Made by a program: the position numbers and the translations under genes
Notes under the pieces: generated by a model
Seen by the model: only the letters and a program-made list of their open reading frames with translations
Told to the model about the DNA's origin: nothing
The model's database searches: none
DNA from: Dimorphilus gyrociliatus
Lineage: Eukaryota > Animalia > Annelida
Direction: 5' to 3'
Length of the DNA stretch: 64,000 nucleotides
Assembly: GCA_904063045.1 (NCBI GenBank)
Contig: CAJFCJ010000002.1
Location: 3,901,891-3,965,890 of the forward strand
Part shown: piece after piece, positions 23,701 to 36,226 of the stretch
Numbering within the stretch: the first letter of the stretch is position 1
Layout of the letters: the number at the start of each line of letters is the position of its first letter

Positions 23701-26700
23701 CATTAGTTGCCGAACCTTTGGAGTATACCAAGTTTATTCTTGAATCTTTTGTATTGACATCGTTTTTCGATAGTCGAGCGTATAAAATTTCAATTAATTT
23801 AAATACAGCAAGTTTTTCAACTAGATGATTTTCCATTTCGGTCTGTAAAACAATTTATATAAGCGAAATTCAAGTCATCACTCATCGGAAGTCTACCTTT
23901 GTTAGCTTTGCTTCAACAATTTCAGCCAATCGACAAATATAGCTCAAAAAGAATTCTGTGATTGCACTTGAAGAAGCACTTCTTAATAAAGGAAGACAGA
24001 CTCTTTCCAATATTGACAACCTGATTTCAACTGTGAACGATTGATCCATAAGCATTCCGTATGGAATATCAATCAGGGGTTTTTGTTTATCTTTACTAAT
24101 ACTTTTTTGAATAAATAAAATAATAATAAATAAGATAAAAATGTATAATTGAATGAAGCGAATAGTAACCTTTTTATTAAGTCAACGACGCTCTTTTGAA
24201 GAGATTCTTCACATGCGTGAACTTTCTCTCGACAAAATATACTTATGGTTAGTTTAAGTAGTATTTCACTTCCTGTCAATTTAAGAGAATCTAGGATCTA
24301 AAATATAAATTAGAGTAATATTAAAATGATAGAACGCAAAAAAAAACAACTACCTTATTCACTGCGCTAACATACTGAATATATTTTTGGGTTCCAATTT
24401 CAAATTCAGAACTTTTTAAGGGGAAATAATCATTTACAAGGGAATTTAACGCCTCATCTAATTTTCGCTTCTCGGGACTTGACACAGATGCAAAGAACAT
24501 TAGCAAATCCAGGAGCTTATTCTGTAAGGTTAAATATGTATACCTGTTATCATTTAAACGCAAAGATTTGTGTTTTACCTTCGTAGTTAAACCACTTTTC
24601 GGGTCTCTTAGTAGTGTAATATATGTTTCAAAAATCTTTTTAAAGTGTTTATTACTTTTATCAGTAGCAATCTAAAAATAGAGAATTCTTATTACTACCA
24701 CATCTATCCAATGTTATAATTTTCAAAACTGTTCTTACCTTTGAATCGATAAGAATTAGTTTCGTAAGAAGAGAAATAATTAAGTCTTTTGACTCATCTT
24801 CACCACTTTCGCTCGTCCAATTTTGTAACAGTTCCCAATCTGCAAGTATTCCTCCAACTACAGTAGGACCGTCACTAAAATAAAAGACTGTTTTCACTCT
24901 TGTTTCTGAAAGATTGATAAAATTATCAAACCTTTTTCGAATATCTCTATCTTTAACAACGAAATCTAACAATCCATTGAAAATATTAGTACAGAGATAT
25001 TGATGTCTTTCAACGGATGATGTTAAATCTTTCAATCTATCAGGGCGCTTTACCAAACTAAGATTGATGATGGATTGAAACTGGCAATAAAAGTAGAGTC
25101 CCCTATCTGATGGCTTAGATTGACTGGTATTCCAAACTTCTTCTTTCGAATACAATTTACTTATTAGGGCCTTGAAAAAGAAATTCATTAAATAATAGGA
25201 ACACTTTACAAGAAAAATCGATTTTTTACTTCATCATTCATAGATATGCTTAGTCGTAAGAAACTGTTCAAAACGTCTGATGAAAGGGGCGTGAGTCTTC
25301 GAGCTGTTAATTTGTTACCATCTTTCATAACAACACTCTTTTTGAAAGAAAAAAAGTTATAAAAGGAAAAGTTTTATACAAATAAACAACAAACATCAAA
25401 AACATAATTTAGTAAAGTTTCTGCCAGTTCCTTAGTGTCCAAGCAATCGGAAAGAATTTTTAAATCATTTAATCGCTCATATCCCTGAACAACGCTTATT
25501 AGTGATACAAGATCACAAGTACTATCTTCAAGATTGTCAGGCAGTATCGCGGATAGCATTAAACTTCTAAAAGATGAAAGAGAACGATAGTTATTACAAT
25601 TGATTAATAAATATTATCCTTTATACTTTTTGTTTTCGGTTAAATTCTTAACAGAATCTTTCATATTAATGATAAGATTTTGTGGTAAATTTCGCAATAA
25701 TCGCTTGGTGCATGAAGATACCTAGTTGAAAAGTATAAAAATATATACAGTACACGTGTATTTTTATTTGGAGTGTTTAAAAGCATTACCTCATCGGGTA
25801 ATCTCTTTGCAGTTTCAATATCTGCAAGATCAAATCCAAGAGATTTAGCGTCTAAAAAGCAGGTAAATAGCAATTTGAAGAAATCTTCCGAAAGGACTTC
25901 AGCTGAGAGTATCTAGATAGAAGTTTACAATTATTTTCCCATTTTTGTCAAATTATTATCAAAAAAGGCTTACTTTTAAGCTTTCCTTTACATTTTGACT
26001 AATTGCAGCTTCGATTAAATGAAATATTCGCACTATAACTGTGCATTTCAATCTGAGGATATATAAAAAGCCATTAAGTTGTCTAGTTCAATATCAGCAT
26101 AAATGTATAAGAAAAAACCTATTAAATACTGTAACTTCTTTAACTGTAAAGATTGTTGACGAATTTGATTTAAAACATTTGGTAAGCGAGTCCAAATTTA
26201 ACATAGCAATATCACTGATAAAATGGGACATAACTTCAAATAATCTACTAGGATTTGGATCTTGCTTTTCTGAAATATATAATTTTTCTATTTTACTTTA
26301 CATTTCAAAATAGAAAGTAAAGGACAAACTTGAAAACAGATCTGTTGTGCTTAAAAATCTTTGACTAAGTATCCATGTATAGCAATCCAAAGAAGCAAGA
26401 AATTTTTCAAACCAACTGAGCATAGAAGATAGGTCAAAAGTTTGAAATGCATCGAATAAATTGGGAACAGTAGCGATACCATTCGATTCCAAGGCATCAT
26501 ATTCGAATCTACATATGATAAACACATTAAAAGTCAAACTGATTTTTGAAAGTAACAATCTACCTAGCAATGAAATAAGCTGGTCCTTTACTTGGGTCTT
26601 TTAACAAGAGTTTAAAATAGTCTCTTGGACTCTTAATATCATCCGATAAAGTCACGCACAAATTACAAATAATTTGCATGCTCATATGTCTAGATTCTGG

Positions 26701-29700
26701 ATAGGGTTTACCACATTGTCTCAACAACCATCTGAGGGCAATATCAATTGAAGCTTCTTTCCATTGGCTAGAAATAAATAGCATTAAAGCTTGAGGAGGA
26801 AACATAAATAACTTTCACATACTGGGGTTTAATTCTTCTTCTTTTTGCTGATGGTTTATTCAGTAGATTCGACTTCACCTTTATTATTTTTTCAATATGA
26901 TTCAAAGCAATTTTACATTGTTCTTCAGTTCCTGAAAAAAGATGTTTTCACCCTTTTATTTTATGCCTATAACTTTGATAAAAGTCTTTGTACCCAAAGC
27001 TTTTTCTTCAGAATGCGCCAGAGTTAAGCATTCGATGAAACAAGCTAATAATTTGAAGATATAAATATCTACCAAATGCTCTTCCTCCCTATTTTAAAAA
27101 TTATGTACAGATTTCAAATATAATATACTTATGAAGATTGTTAAAACCCTACCTTAGAAACCTATAAATACTATTAAAAATCATGGCAGCCCCAAATCTA
27201 TGAAAAGTGTCAGGATGAATAGACAGAGCGAATATTCGGTTTAAAACGGCCTCAATATTTTGAGGTTTCGATTCTAGATCTTTTTTAGTAGTTTGCTTTA
27301 TTGTCCACGATACAAATTCACGAATTCCATCTGCGCTAATCTGCCTTAGTGAAGAATTTTTCGATTGGACAACACCATCCTGTAAAAGAGATAAGAAAAC
27401 TCTGAGATATCCTCATCAAGTAACTTTATTAAATAGACTTACTGTTAAGGCATTTAAAAGTTCATTAGCTTCCGAATAATCCACAGTACTCTTCGAAAAC
27501 CAATGTATTAGTTGTTCTAATAAGGGTTTAAATAATTGTCTTGCAACCTATGCAAAGTTGACTTTGTAAATTTATCCCTAACATAAATTTAAATTAATTC
27601 AAGTTTTTTTCTTACAGATTCAATGTCACATGACAAACTCAAAACAGCTGGAAAAATCTTTTTGTATAAATTTATCATAGATTGTTTATTCTCTCGAGAC
27701 TGTTGAGATGATCTGAATAAAAAAAGCAGAGAATTAAATTAGTAAAAGTTATATTAAAGACATATTACAGAGAACTTACTTTCCCAAAATGAAAACCACT
27801 AAAGCTTGTAATAATTCACAAGCAGCGACTTTAGTTTGTCTATCACTGGAATGTTGGGCCAAGTATACAACTCGAGGCAAAAACGGATCTACAGTGTCAT
27901 ATGTCAATTAATTGCGAGAAAACTATTATTGAAAATATTGAAAATGCAACCTAAATAGATATCGGGTTTGATATCGATAAATGGTAGGGAAAATTTTAAA
28001 TGTTTCTCAGTATCCCAGGCTTGTAAATTTGATTCTTGAATACCATCTACTAAATATTGATTAATAGAGCTACCAATTGATCCAAGAAATTGAACAATTT
28101 TGATTCTTATATTCTCCATAGTTGTTTCTTGTTTCTATTTTATTAATCAGAAAAAAAATGACATGAATAAAGTATTAACATAGTAATAGATCGAATACGT
28201 TTACCGTCAATTGAACACCATCGATTTGACTTCTTTTTTTTGGTACTGTGATGGAAATTTTCTTTTTTCCTCTCTTATTTGAGGATGAATGAAGAGTTAC
28301 CGTTTCTTGAGCATCAGTAACTAAAAAGATTATTACTTGTGAAACTTAAATGCATAGAATAACAAGGTAACATTTACGAGAATTCGATGTTGCAACCATA
28401 TATTTGTTCAGACTTGGTAGAATTTCTCTGAGTAACGGGTACCATTGAGCTGAATCTAAATCATTAGTCCATCGTTCAAGAGCAATCAACCCACTTTCAG
28501 CAAGAGGTGTATAACTTAGTCCAATATCAAAGGCATTCTATACGAAATTTTGATTTGAATAATCAACGTTCCTACTTGGAAATCGTAATTAAAAAAGCAT
28601 ACCTGTATAGCAGGTACGAAAAGATGAGTGTCATTAGAGATTATTTCAACCGGTAATTCCAAAATAAACTCCAAACATGAACATAAAATATCGTCTTTAA
28701 ATTGTTTCATTCTAACTAAAACCTTCAGAGGTAAAAAGAATATTTTATAATTAAACTGAACAAAACAAGTTGTATATTATATCTACTTCTTTGGAAAATT
28801 TTACGAATAATACATAACAGGACCATTTTTCAGTACTAATAGTATCGCTATCAACTTCCATTTTATTTTCGCCAGAATCACTTGTGATCTTCAAATTGTC
28901 AATTTCCTAAGTAAGAGTTTTATTATAGAACAGGATATAAGATGTTTTAAGCTAAATACATACCTTGAAATACTGTAATTTGGCGGAGATTTTTGCTGTT
29001 ACTGCAAGTAATTTATAAAAGGAGCTGACTAACGGAAACCTGAGATGATAAAACTTAATAAAAATTTAATAATTTATCTATAAATCATTTACTTAGTACA
29101 GTAGAGTACTAAAGTGTCAGTAAACAAGTAAATCCATCTCTCAAAACGATGAATGTGTGTTGCAACAAGTAGGTCACTGTACATGAATTTTTTCTTTAAG
29201 AAAATATTTAAAAAAGTTAATATGGATTTATCACCCGCAAAATTCAACTAAATTAGCCAAAATAATGAAATCTTTTGGCTTTTCCGCTCTAAGAGATTCG
29301 TCCATAATTATTGTACCAGTTGTATCAAAACTTTCTTCATCAATATCCTATTAAAGTTGGAAAAATTAATAAAATATGATATAGACTAAATTATTAAAAA
29401 TTACATGTTGATTTATCAACTTCAGATTCAACTTCGATATGATCTTTAGAACAGATTGAATTAATTCATTATAAATTGTAGCAGTTAAATCTTCTTCTTC
29501 TTTTGGTATTAATTTTCTATCTTTTTCATTCTTGGCCTTCAAATTAAAATATTGATATATTTGTTTTGATTCAATAGCTTTTTTTTCTTTGATCATTACT
29601 AACCTGCAAAGGTGCTGCATTGATCAATCCTTGCCACAGCACTATATAACTTTTGTAAGAAATTTTTCTTTCAATTATTTTATCTTCGTTTGAAACAGAT

Positions 29701-31756
29701 TCTTGGTTTATATCTGCAAATTCATCTACTTGTAGAGCGTGGGAACAAGTTCTAATTAATCCCTGATAAACTAAAGTAAAGAAAGTGATCAAATGGAATT
29801 ATATTTTCCTTAAAACTTATTATCTTACTGATATCTGAGAGAAAGTTATTTAAAGCTACTCCGTTACTTGTTAGTGAAAGTATAACAGCCGAAAGAGACA
29901 TCTGGGCTGAATAGTGCATTTTATCGGGCATATGTGGAAATCTTTCAATAAGGACTAATACATTCTTCTTTAAAGTTAGTAGGCAGGAATCTGAAATGTC
30001 AGTGACATAGCACACAACGCTTGCTAGAGTCTCCAGATAGGTCGGTAGACTTATAACTTTATCAGCTATATTTTCTTGTCTGTTTCAGATAGTCAATATA
30101 ATTTTCGTATTCTCAATCGTAATATTTGCTTACGTGAAATACATATCATCTCCATATTGAATAACCTCATTGAACATAATCGCAAGTTCTGCCTTTGATA
30201 AGAACAGTTTACATGGCTATTTGTGAAAAGAAAGTGATTAGTTTATATCATAACACTAATACGAATAATATCACTTTTGCAAGTAAACCATATCCCCTAA
30301 TAGCCAAAGATATTTCTTTATTTGAGGATTCTTTACTTCTCAACATTTCTTTAAATTTCTTTATAAGGAATGACAACATGTGAACATTTTCTTTTTTGGA
30401 CTTTCCAGTTTCAGCTAGTTCCTTGGCCAGGAATTTCATGAACTCAGTTAAAGCTATAGCAGCGTCGTGCTTTACCTCTGCGTTTTTATGTATAATCCAT
30501 CTGTGAAAGCGGTCGTACACTCGCTAAGATAAAATTATTAAAATTATAATAAATTTCTATTCAAAAGTTGATAAAACCTCATAATCTTTAAGTACAAACG
30601 GGCCAAAGTGATAAATATGCTTCCCTAGTAGGGATAGGCCAGCTTTTACACATTCGTATCTAGAAATTTTAGCTTCAGGGTCAATAGTCAAATTGATATA
30701 TTTAAAAATATTCTGAAGACTAGTCGGATCTGATGGAGAGAAATTTACAAGCAGATGAGATAAGCCATAAAATGTTCCAGATATAATTTGAAATTCTGGT
30801 TTTCTAGTTTTAGAAGTAATCTGTTTCGTGGTATTTTCAATTATGGTACGAAGTTCACAGTATTAAATTAAAACCTCTGTTTTAAGGCTTTTGATGAATA
30901 AATCAGTTAATTTTTCGGAATAATTCATCATATATTCAGGGTGCAACTCTCCTAAATATCCCAAGATGCGAAATAGATGGTATTTTGCTATATCAAAAAA
31001 TAAGTAATTAAGTAATACAAAGTTAATCTATAAAAAAAAAATTACTCGTAGCTTGCAACTTTGACTGAGATTGAGATAACATTTCAAACAATTTCGTAAT
31101 AAACTGAGGAATATTGAGTTCTTCTGCATTCTTAGCCGTAATTTTTAGTAGCTTTAACAAACGTTTTAATATATTATTGCTATTTATTTTCGATTAAAAT
31201 CTAACCTCATAAACTAACAATCCAGCAGCTACCTTTACTTTACTATATTTTTCACGAATAAATAAAGTCAAAGCAATTTCCTATTTAAAATAGTTCTTAT
31301 TGAATTATATATGTTGTAACTGAAATGTTACATACTTTAATTTGTGTAGCATACGACTTCATTTTGACATCGAAACGACTAATCAAAGAATGAATTATTG
31401 TTAGAGCTGTTGATTTTAAATCTGTTAACTGCAAATTCAACTTCAGTTAATAAATGAAAAAGTAGACATGTATAGCCTAAACAAACTTCATCTTTGCCCA
31501 TAGAATTTTTCATTAGCTTGATTAAACCTTTGTCTTTATCAAAGATGATACCATTATAGTAGTCTGTACCGAGTAAAGGAACGATAAAAGAGTATGTTTA
31601 CATTTACGGAATTCATTCACCAATTTTGTCAAGATTTACATCATTAGTGCAGATCTCGTTTATGTCTGACATCGTACTAGCAATTGTATCTCCAACTGTA
31701 GATATGTCACTACGAATTAATGAATGCAACAGCGCTAAGCACTCTTGCAAATCCAT
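14767..31756 (-). CDS. PRKDC: DNA-dependent protein kinase catalytic subunit (PIKK), many tens of exons
   Basis: ATG 31756 ([11 protein letters not shown]). Kinase motifs [31 protein letters not shown]; [24 protein letters not shown]; internal matches such as YHCAAYNC and [10 protein letters not shown]; IRATQ autophosphorylation motif. Not every exon boundary was verified. Confidence 0.96.
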
Positions 31757-31882
31757 TTTTCTACTACTAAAGCAGAATTTCGCTGGACTACACTACGAGT
31801 TTGACTGATTTGATACCCGCGCTTAATTTCGGAAAAATATATAATCTTCCGTTTCCTGTGGCACACTCTTATTTCCGGCAAA
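31757..31882. promoter_or_regulatory. 126-bp bidirectional promoter PRKDC / ATP5F1C
   Basis: Only 126 nt between divergent ATGs; contains TTTCGGAA, CTTCCG (31846-31851) and TTTCCGG (31872-31878). Confidence 0.65.
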
Positions 31883-33318
31883 ATGGCGTCACCGATTTTG
31901 TCAAGATCACTTATTTTTTGTCCAATTTAGTAAGTTCTTTATAATTCATTGAAATTAAGGGTTGACAGCCAACTGTCAAAGTAATTTTGCTGAGGGTGCA
32001 ATCTAATACCTGAAACTTTATGTAATAAACAGCGATTTTCTTAAGAATTATAGAGGTCAATTTTCAATGCCGTTCAGCCTATTATCGCTTTTACTATTTA
32101 ATTAAAAGAACTTTTCTACCACAGCTCGCAGGTACGATGCATGGCAACATTGAAAGACAGTAAGTTGATTTGTAATCATAATGTAGTTACAGACAAAATA
32201 GATCTTCCTAGCTAAGTTGAATACCAAACTTATCATGACAACCTTCAGCCAAACAAACTGATTCAAATCGTAATCAGTTTACCTCTATAAATTTTCTAAT
32301 AGATAAAGATACATAAGCTAACACAATCTTGAAATTGGTTGTCAAGTTGTATGTAATTTGCTTGACACTCATAATTACCCACACCTTCAGTTTCAACTCG
32401 CCTGAAGTCTGTCAAGAACATACAAAAGATTACGAAGTCCATGCAGATGGTATCAGCCGCTAAATATGCTAAAGCTGAGCGTGATTTAAAATCGGCTAGA
32501 CCTTATGGACAAGGAGCCAAGGCTTTTTATGAAAAAGCTGAAATCATTTCTGATCCACAAAAGCCTAAACATCTTTTGATCGCTATGACTTCTGATAGAG
32601 GACTGTGCGGGGCGGTTCATTCTAGCATTGCGAAAATGATCCGTCATGATATGGCCGCTAAGCCAAGTGGAACAGAAACTATGATTGTCTGTGTTGGAGA
32701 CAAGTCTAGAAGCATCCTAGGAAGGTACGATGATTTATTTTAGTCAAATAATGCTTTGTACTGTAAATTTATTTTATTTTTCAGATTATTCCCCAAAAAT
32801 ATTTTGTTGCAAGTTACTGATATCGGAAAGAAGCCACCGACTTTCGCTGATGCTTCAAGAATTGCTGAAGCGATTAGTCAATCTGGATATGAATTTGATT
32901 TCTGCCAGATGTATTACAATTACTTCAAGTAAGTTCTGTCTTTTTAATTCACTAAATTTCGTATTTGATTTTATAACTATATGTTTATAATAGGTCTGTT
33001 GTCGCTTATAATACATCCACTATTCCCCTTTTCAACACATCTACTATAAGTGCATCGGATAAAATTACTGTATACGATTCTATTGATCAAGAAGTTTTAG
33101 AATCGTTTAACGAATTTTCGCTGGCTTCACTTATTTATTACGCCATGAAGGAAGGAGCTTGCAGCGAACAAAGTGCTAGAATGACCGCTATGGACTCAGC
33201 ATCTAAAAATGCTGGAGAAATGATCGACAAACTAACCCTCAACTTTAACCGAACCAGACAAGCGGTGATCACTAGGGAGTTGATTGAAATTATTTCGGGA
33301 GCTGCAGCATTGAAATAG
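31883..33318 (+). CDS. ATP5F1C: Mitochondrial ATP synthase F1 gamma subunit
   Basis: Presequence [10 protein letters not shown]...QVRC, then [79 protein letters not shown]. Confidence 0.96.
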
Positions 33319-33693
33319 ATTAAAAATTGACATAAGAATCATTCGATTGTAGATGAAATTGTGTAGGGTGTGTGTAATTAAGAATACACTTTGAAAGTTT
33401 GGATGACGTTAGATCAATCTCCAACTCAATCTAAAAATTGTTAATTTTTTAAAGACTGATAGGCAAATTTTTTTGCAATGCTAAATGTAAATAATTTAGA
33501 ACACTTTTAATTATATATTTTTACATATCGAAAATTCCTGCGTAAAGGCACACATTGAATATTTCAAAAATAGAGTAGTGCTATGAACTTTTTGGAAGTT
33601 TTTTAACCTGACAATAAAAATAGGCTCGCCAGTCTATCATTACAAAACAGTTAGCTAAGAAGTCGGCTAGGTCATTTTAAGTTTTTAAATAAG

Positions 33694-33971
33694 ATGAATA
33701 TAGAAACTGTTTCTGGAGAAAACTTAAGCTTTCCTGACTACTATTCTCGCTCTTCAGAAGGTATTGTTTATAAATTGCATGAGTTCACTTATTCATTTCA
33801 TATACTAAATTAGTGGTCCAAATTTTTATTGGGAATGAGTACAGATCAATGGTATGTCCAAAATGGGAGATGATTAAAGAATTTGAGTGGGATATAGTCC
33901 AAATATATCAGTATCGTGGAGAATCATTGCAAAGGAATCAAAGTAATCTCAAAAGTCGGAAGGGTGCTTAA
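33694..33971 (+). CDS. Candidate 74-aa two-exon orphan ORF
   Basis: AAGATG start, exon 33694-33760, 53-nt GT..AG intron, exon 33814-33971 in frame. No recognised homology. Confidence 0.25.
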
Positions 33972-34425
33972 ACAAATTGGATAAAATCTATTAAGCGAAT
34001 TTAAACTAGCTATTACTAAACATAAGAGCAAAATTCTAGAGAATTAAAGTCCCATAGTACTACCTTTGAAGACAAGTTCTTTATCAATTACTTAATCATT
34101 TAGCGTTTTTAATACTTAATTTGTACTTTCATTTTAATTTTATGTAATATAATTTTAAAGCAAGAAAGACATTAAAATAAATTGTTTATATGAACTTCAC
34201 AATAGTTGGTAATCTTTTAAAAGCAAAATGTAAATATTCTTAAACTTCTTAAGAATTTGTTATCCTTGATTAAAACCGGAAACGTAGCAGACGATATTAG
34301 TGGGTAACCTTCACAATTTTTTAATAACTAAAAATTTAGGTCAGGATTAAGGAGCCTCACTAGAATAAACCTCGTGTGAACTTGGAAGAGAGATCGTTCA
34401 AACTCTTGATTCTTTTACGGTCGTA

Positions 34426-34889
34426 ATGCCTCGATTTGGTTTGAATGTTGGCCTGGCAATAAGACTAGCCCGAAGGGGTTGTACAAATCGACCTTTCTAT
34501 CATATAATTGTTCAAAATGCGCATCGAAATCCAGACACCGGGAAAGTTCTGGAGGAAATTGGTTCTTATGATCCAATGGTGAATAGATATAAAGAGAAAC
34601 TGGTTTCAGTTAACTTTGACAGATTAAAATTTTACTATGCTAGTGGTGCAACTATTCATAAGGATGTCAGTCATCTACTAGGTAAGTCTTAAGACTGTTT
34701 GTAAGAGTTTATTTATATTATTTATTTTAAGGTTTGAGCGGATTCTTCCCAATATCTCCAAAGACAATAATTGATGCCCAGAGAAATCGTGAAAAATTAG
34801 CAGCAGGAGAAAAATTGAACGATGAGCCTCCTGAATTGCTTCTACACGAAACATTGAAGAGTGAAATCGAAAAGAAACGAACAGAATAA
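34426..34889 (+). CDS. MRPS16: Mitochondrial ribosomal protein S16 (bS16m)
   Basis: IRLARRGCTNRPFYHIIV, EEIGSYDP, VSVNFDRLKFY; exon 2 GLSGFFPISPKT... to TAA 34887-34889. ACCGGAAA at 34275. Confidence 0.93.
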
Positions 34890-35141
34890 CCATGTTGTTA
34901 CTAAAATTTTTTGTACAGAATTAAATTGTTTCCGAAATTTATCAATATGAACTATATTATTGAAGCGTTTACCACTAAGATTTCACTTGTATGAACTGGC
35001 GTCGCTTAGTTTTTACGAATACTTTCCTAGGTTTATCGACTACTTGTTTCACGAAAGTAATATACAATGAAATCAATCAAGGCAACACTAATTTCAGAGC
35101 CAACTTAATTCAGCATTATACGAAAGTGTATTAATCGTATT

Positions 35142-35846
35142 TTACTCGCTGGTTTCAACATTTATCGTTTGGGTTCCCTTAAAGTTTACACATGGGACAT
35201 AGGTGACGAGCGTGTACAATTTGTTAGTAGATTCTTCATCTTCATTGCGCTTACGTGCCAAACGAACTCTTACGCGAAATGGAACATTTCTGTTTAGGAA
35301 AAAAATATTCAGTTAGTTTGAGTTTAAAAAATATTTAGAGTTCTCTAAATAATATAATTTTCAGTTAAAGTTCATCAACAGTAAACATCTGAAGGTGTCC
35401 TAAGAAATTTCATCATTTAATACTAAGAGCAGGAAGCTATCAAGCACGATCTGTACATATCAGTGCTTCTTATTTCCTAACTTAATAATTCTATATACAC
35501 AAGTATTCTTACCTAACTCCCTTGCTCCATAAGTGCTTGTTCAAACTGGTATCAATTCGAACGTCTGTGGTCTTCATCATTTTAGCGGCAAACTTTTTTA
35601 CTTCTTTGATTGCTCTTGGAGCCCTTTTCTTGAAGCCTCTGCCCAAAGATATAAGAATATTATTAACCTATATCACTTAGGTGAGAGCACATTTTCTCTT
35701 TATCGCCCATATTTCAGGCGAATGAACTGACATAGCTTAGATACTTACGTTCCATGAATTCTTTTATGAAGATTGATAGTGTATTCGCGAGTTACAACAT
35801 CTACTGTTAAATTTCCCCTCTTCTTTCCTTCTCTTTTAGGAGACAT
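35142..35846 (-). CDS. RPL31: 60S ribosomal protein L31 (eL31)
   Basis: [54 protein letters not shown]; non-coding first exon with a pyrimidine-rich start. Confidence 0.96.
35357..35420 (-). ncRNA. Box C/D snoRNA, SNORD58/U58-like, intronic in RPL31
   Basis: C box ATGATGA (35416-35410), guide CTTAGGACACCT (35404-35393) complementary to conserved 28S AGGUGUCCUAAG, D'-like CAGA, D box CTGA (35364-35361). Confidence 0.8.
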
Positions 35847-36037
35847 TGCGGCTTCTGTAAAAAGTATACCCGTAAGTTACCGCAGATAAATACACTTTTA
35901 GGATGGAAATCACACATATGAAACAAAAAATAGGAATATTAAGATGTTGTGAAGCGAAAATTTGACGATTTGCATTTTTAGAGAAAATATTTGAGGATTT
36001 AAGTAGAAATCACATACCCAATGCGAAGGCTGACAAC

Positions 36038-36053
36038 AAAAGGAAGAGGAAAT
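36038..36053 (-). promoter_or_regulatory. TCT/5'TOP initiator of RPL31
   Basis: Minus-strand TTTCCTCTTCCTTTT followed by a short non-coding exon and a GTATGT donor at 36017; typical of ribosomal protein genes. Confidence 0.7.
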
Positions 36054-36226
36054 CAAATTTTTAGAAAAACTAGGTTGGTAGTCCCAATGTTTTTTTTAGA
36101 AATTTTGACTTAAATTGAATCCGTAACCATACTAGGTTTTCTTAAGGAGAGGACAGAAAATCGTTTACGTTTGCAGTCTTGTAGAATATTATTTTATTTG
36201 TTAAGTAGTTAAGATTATATATTGTT

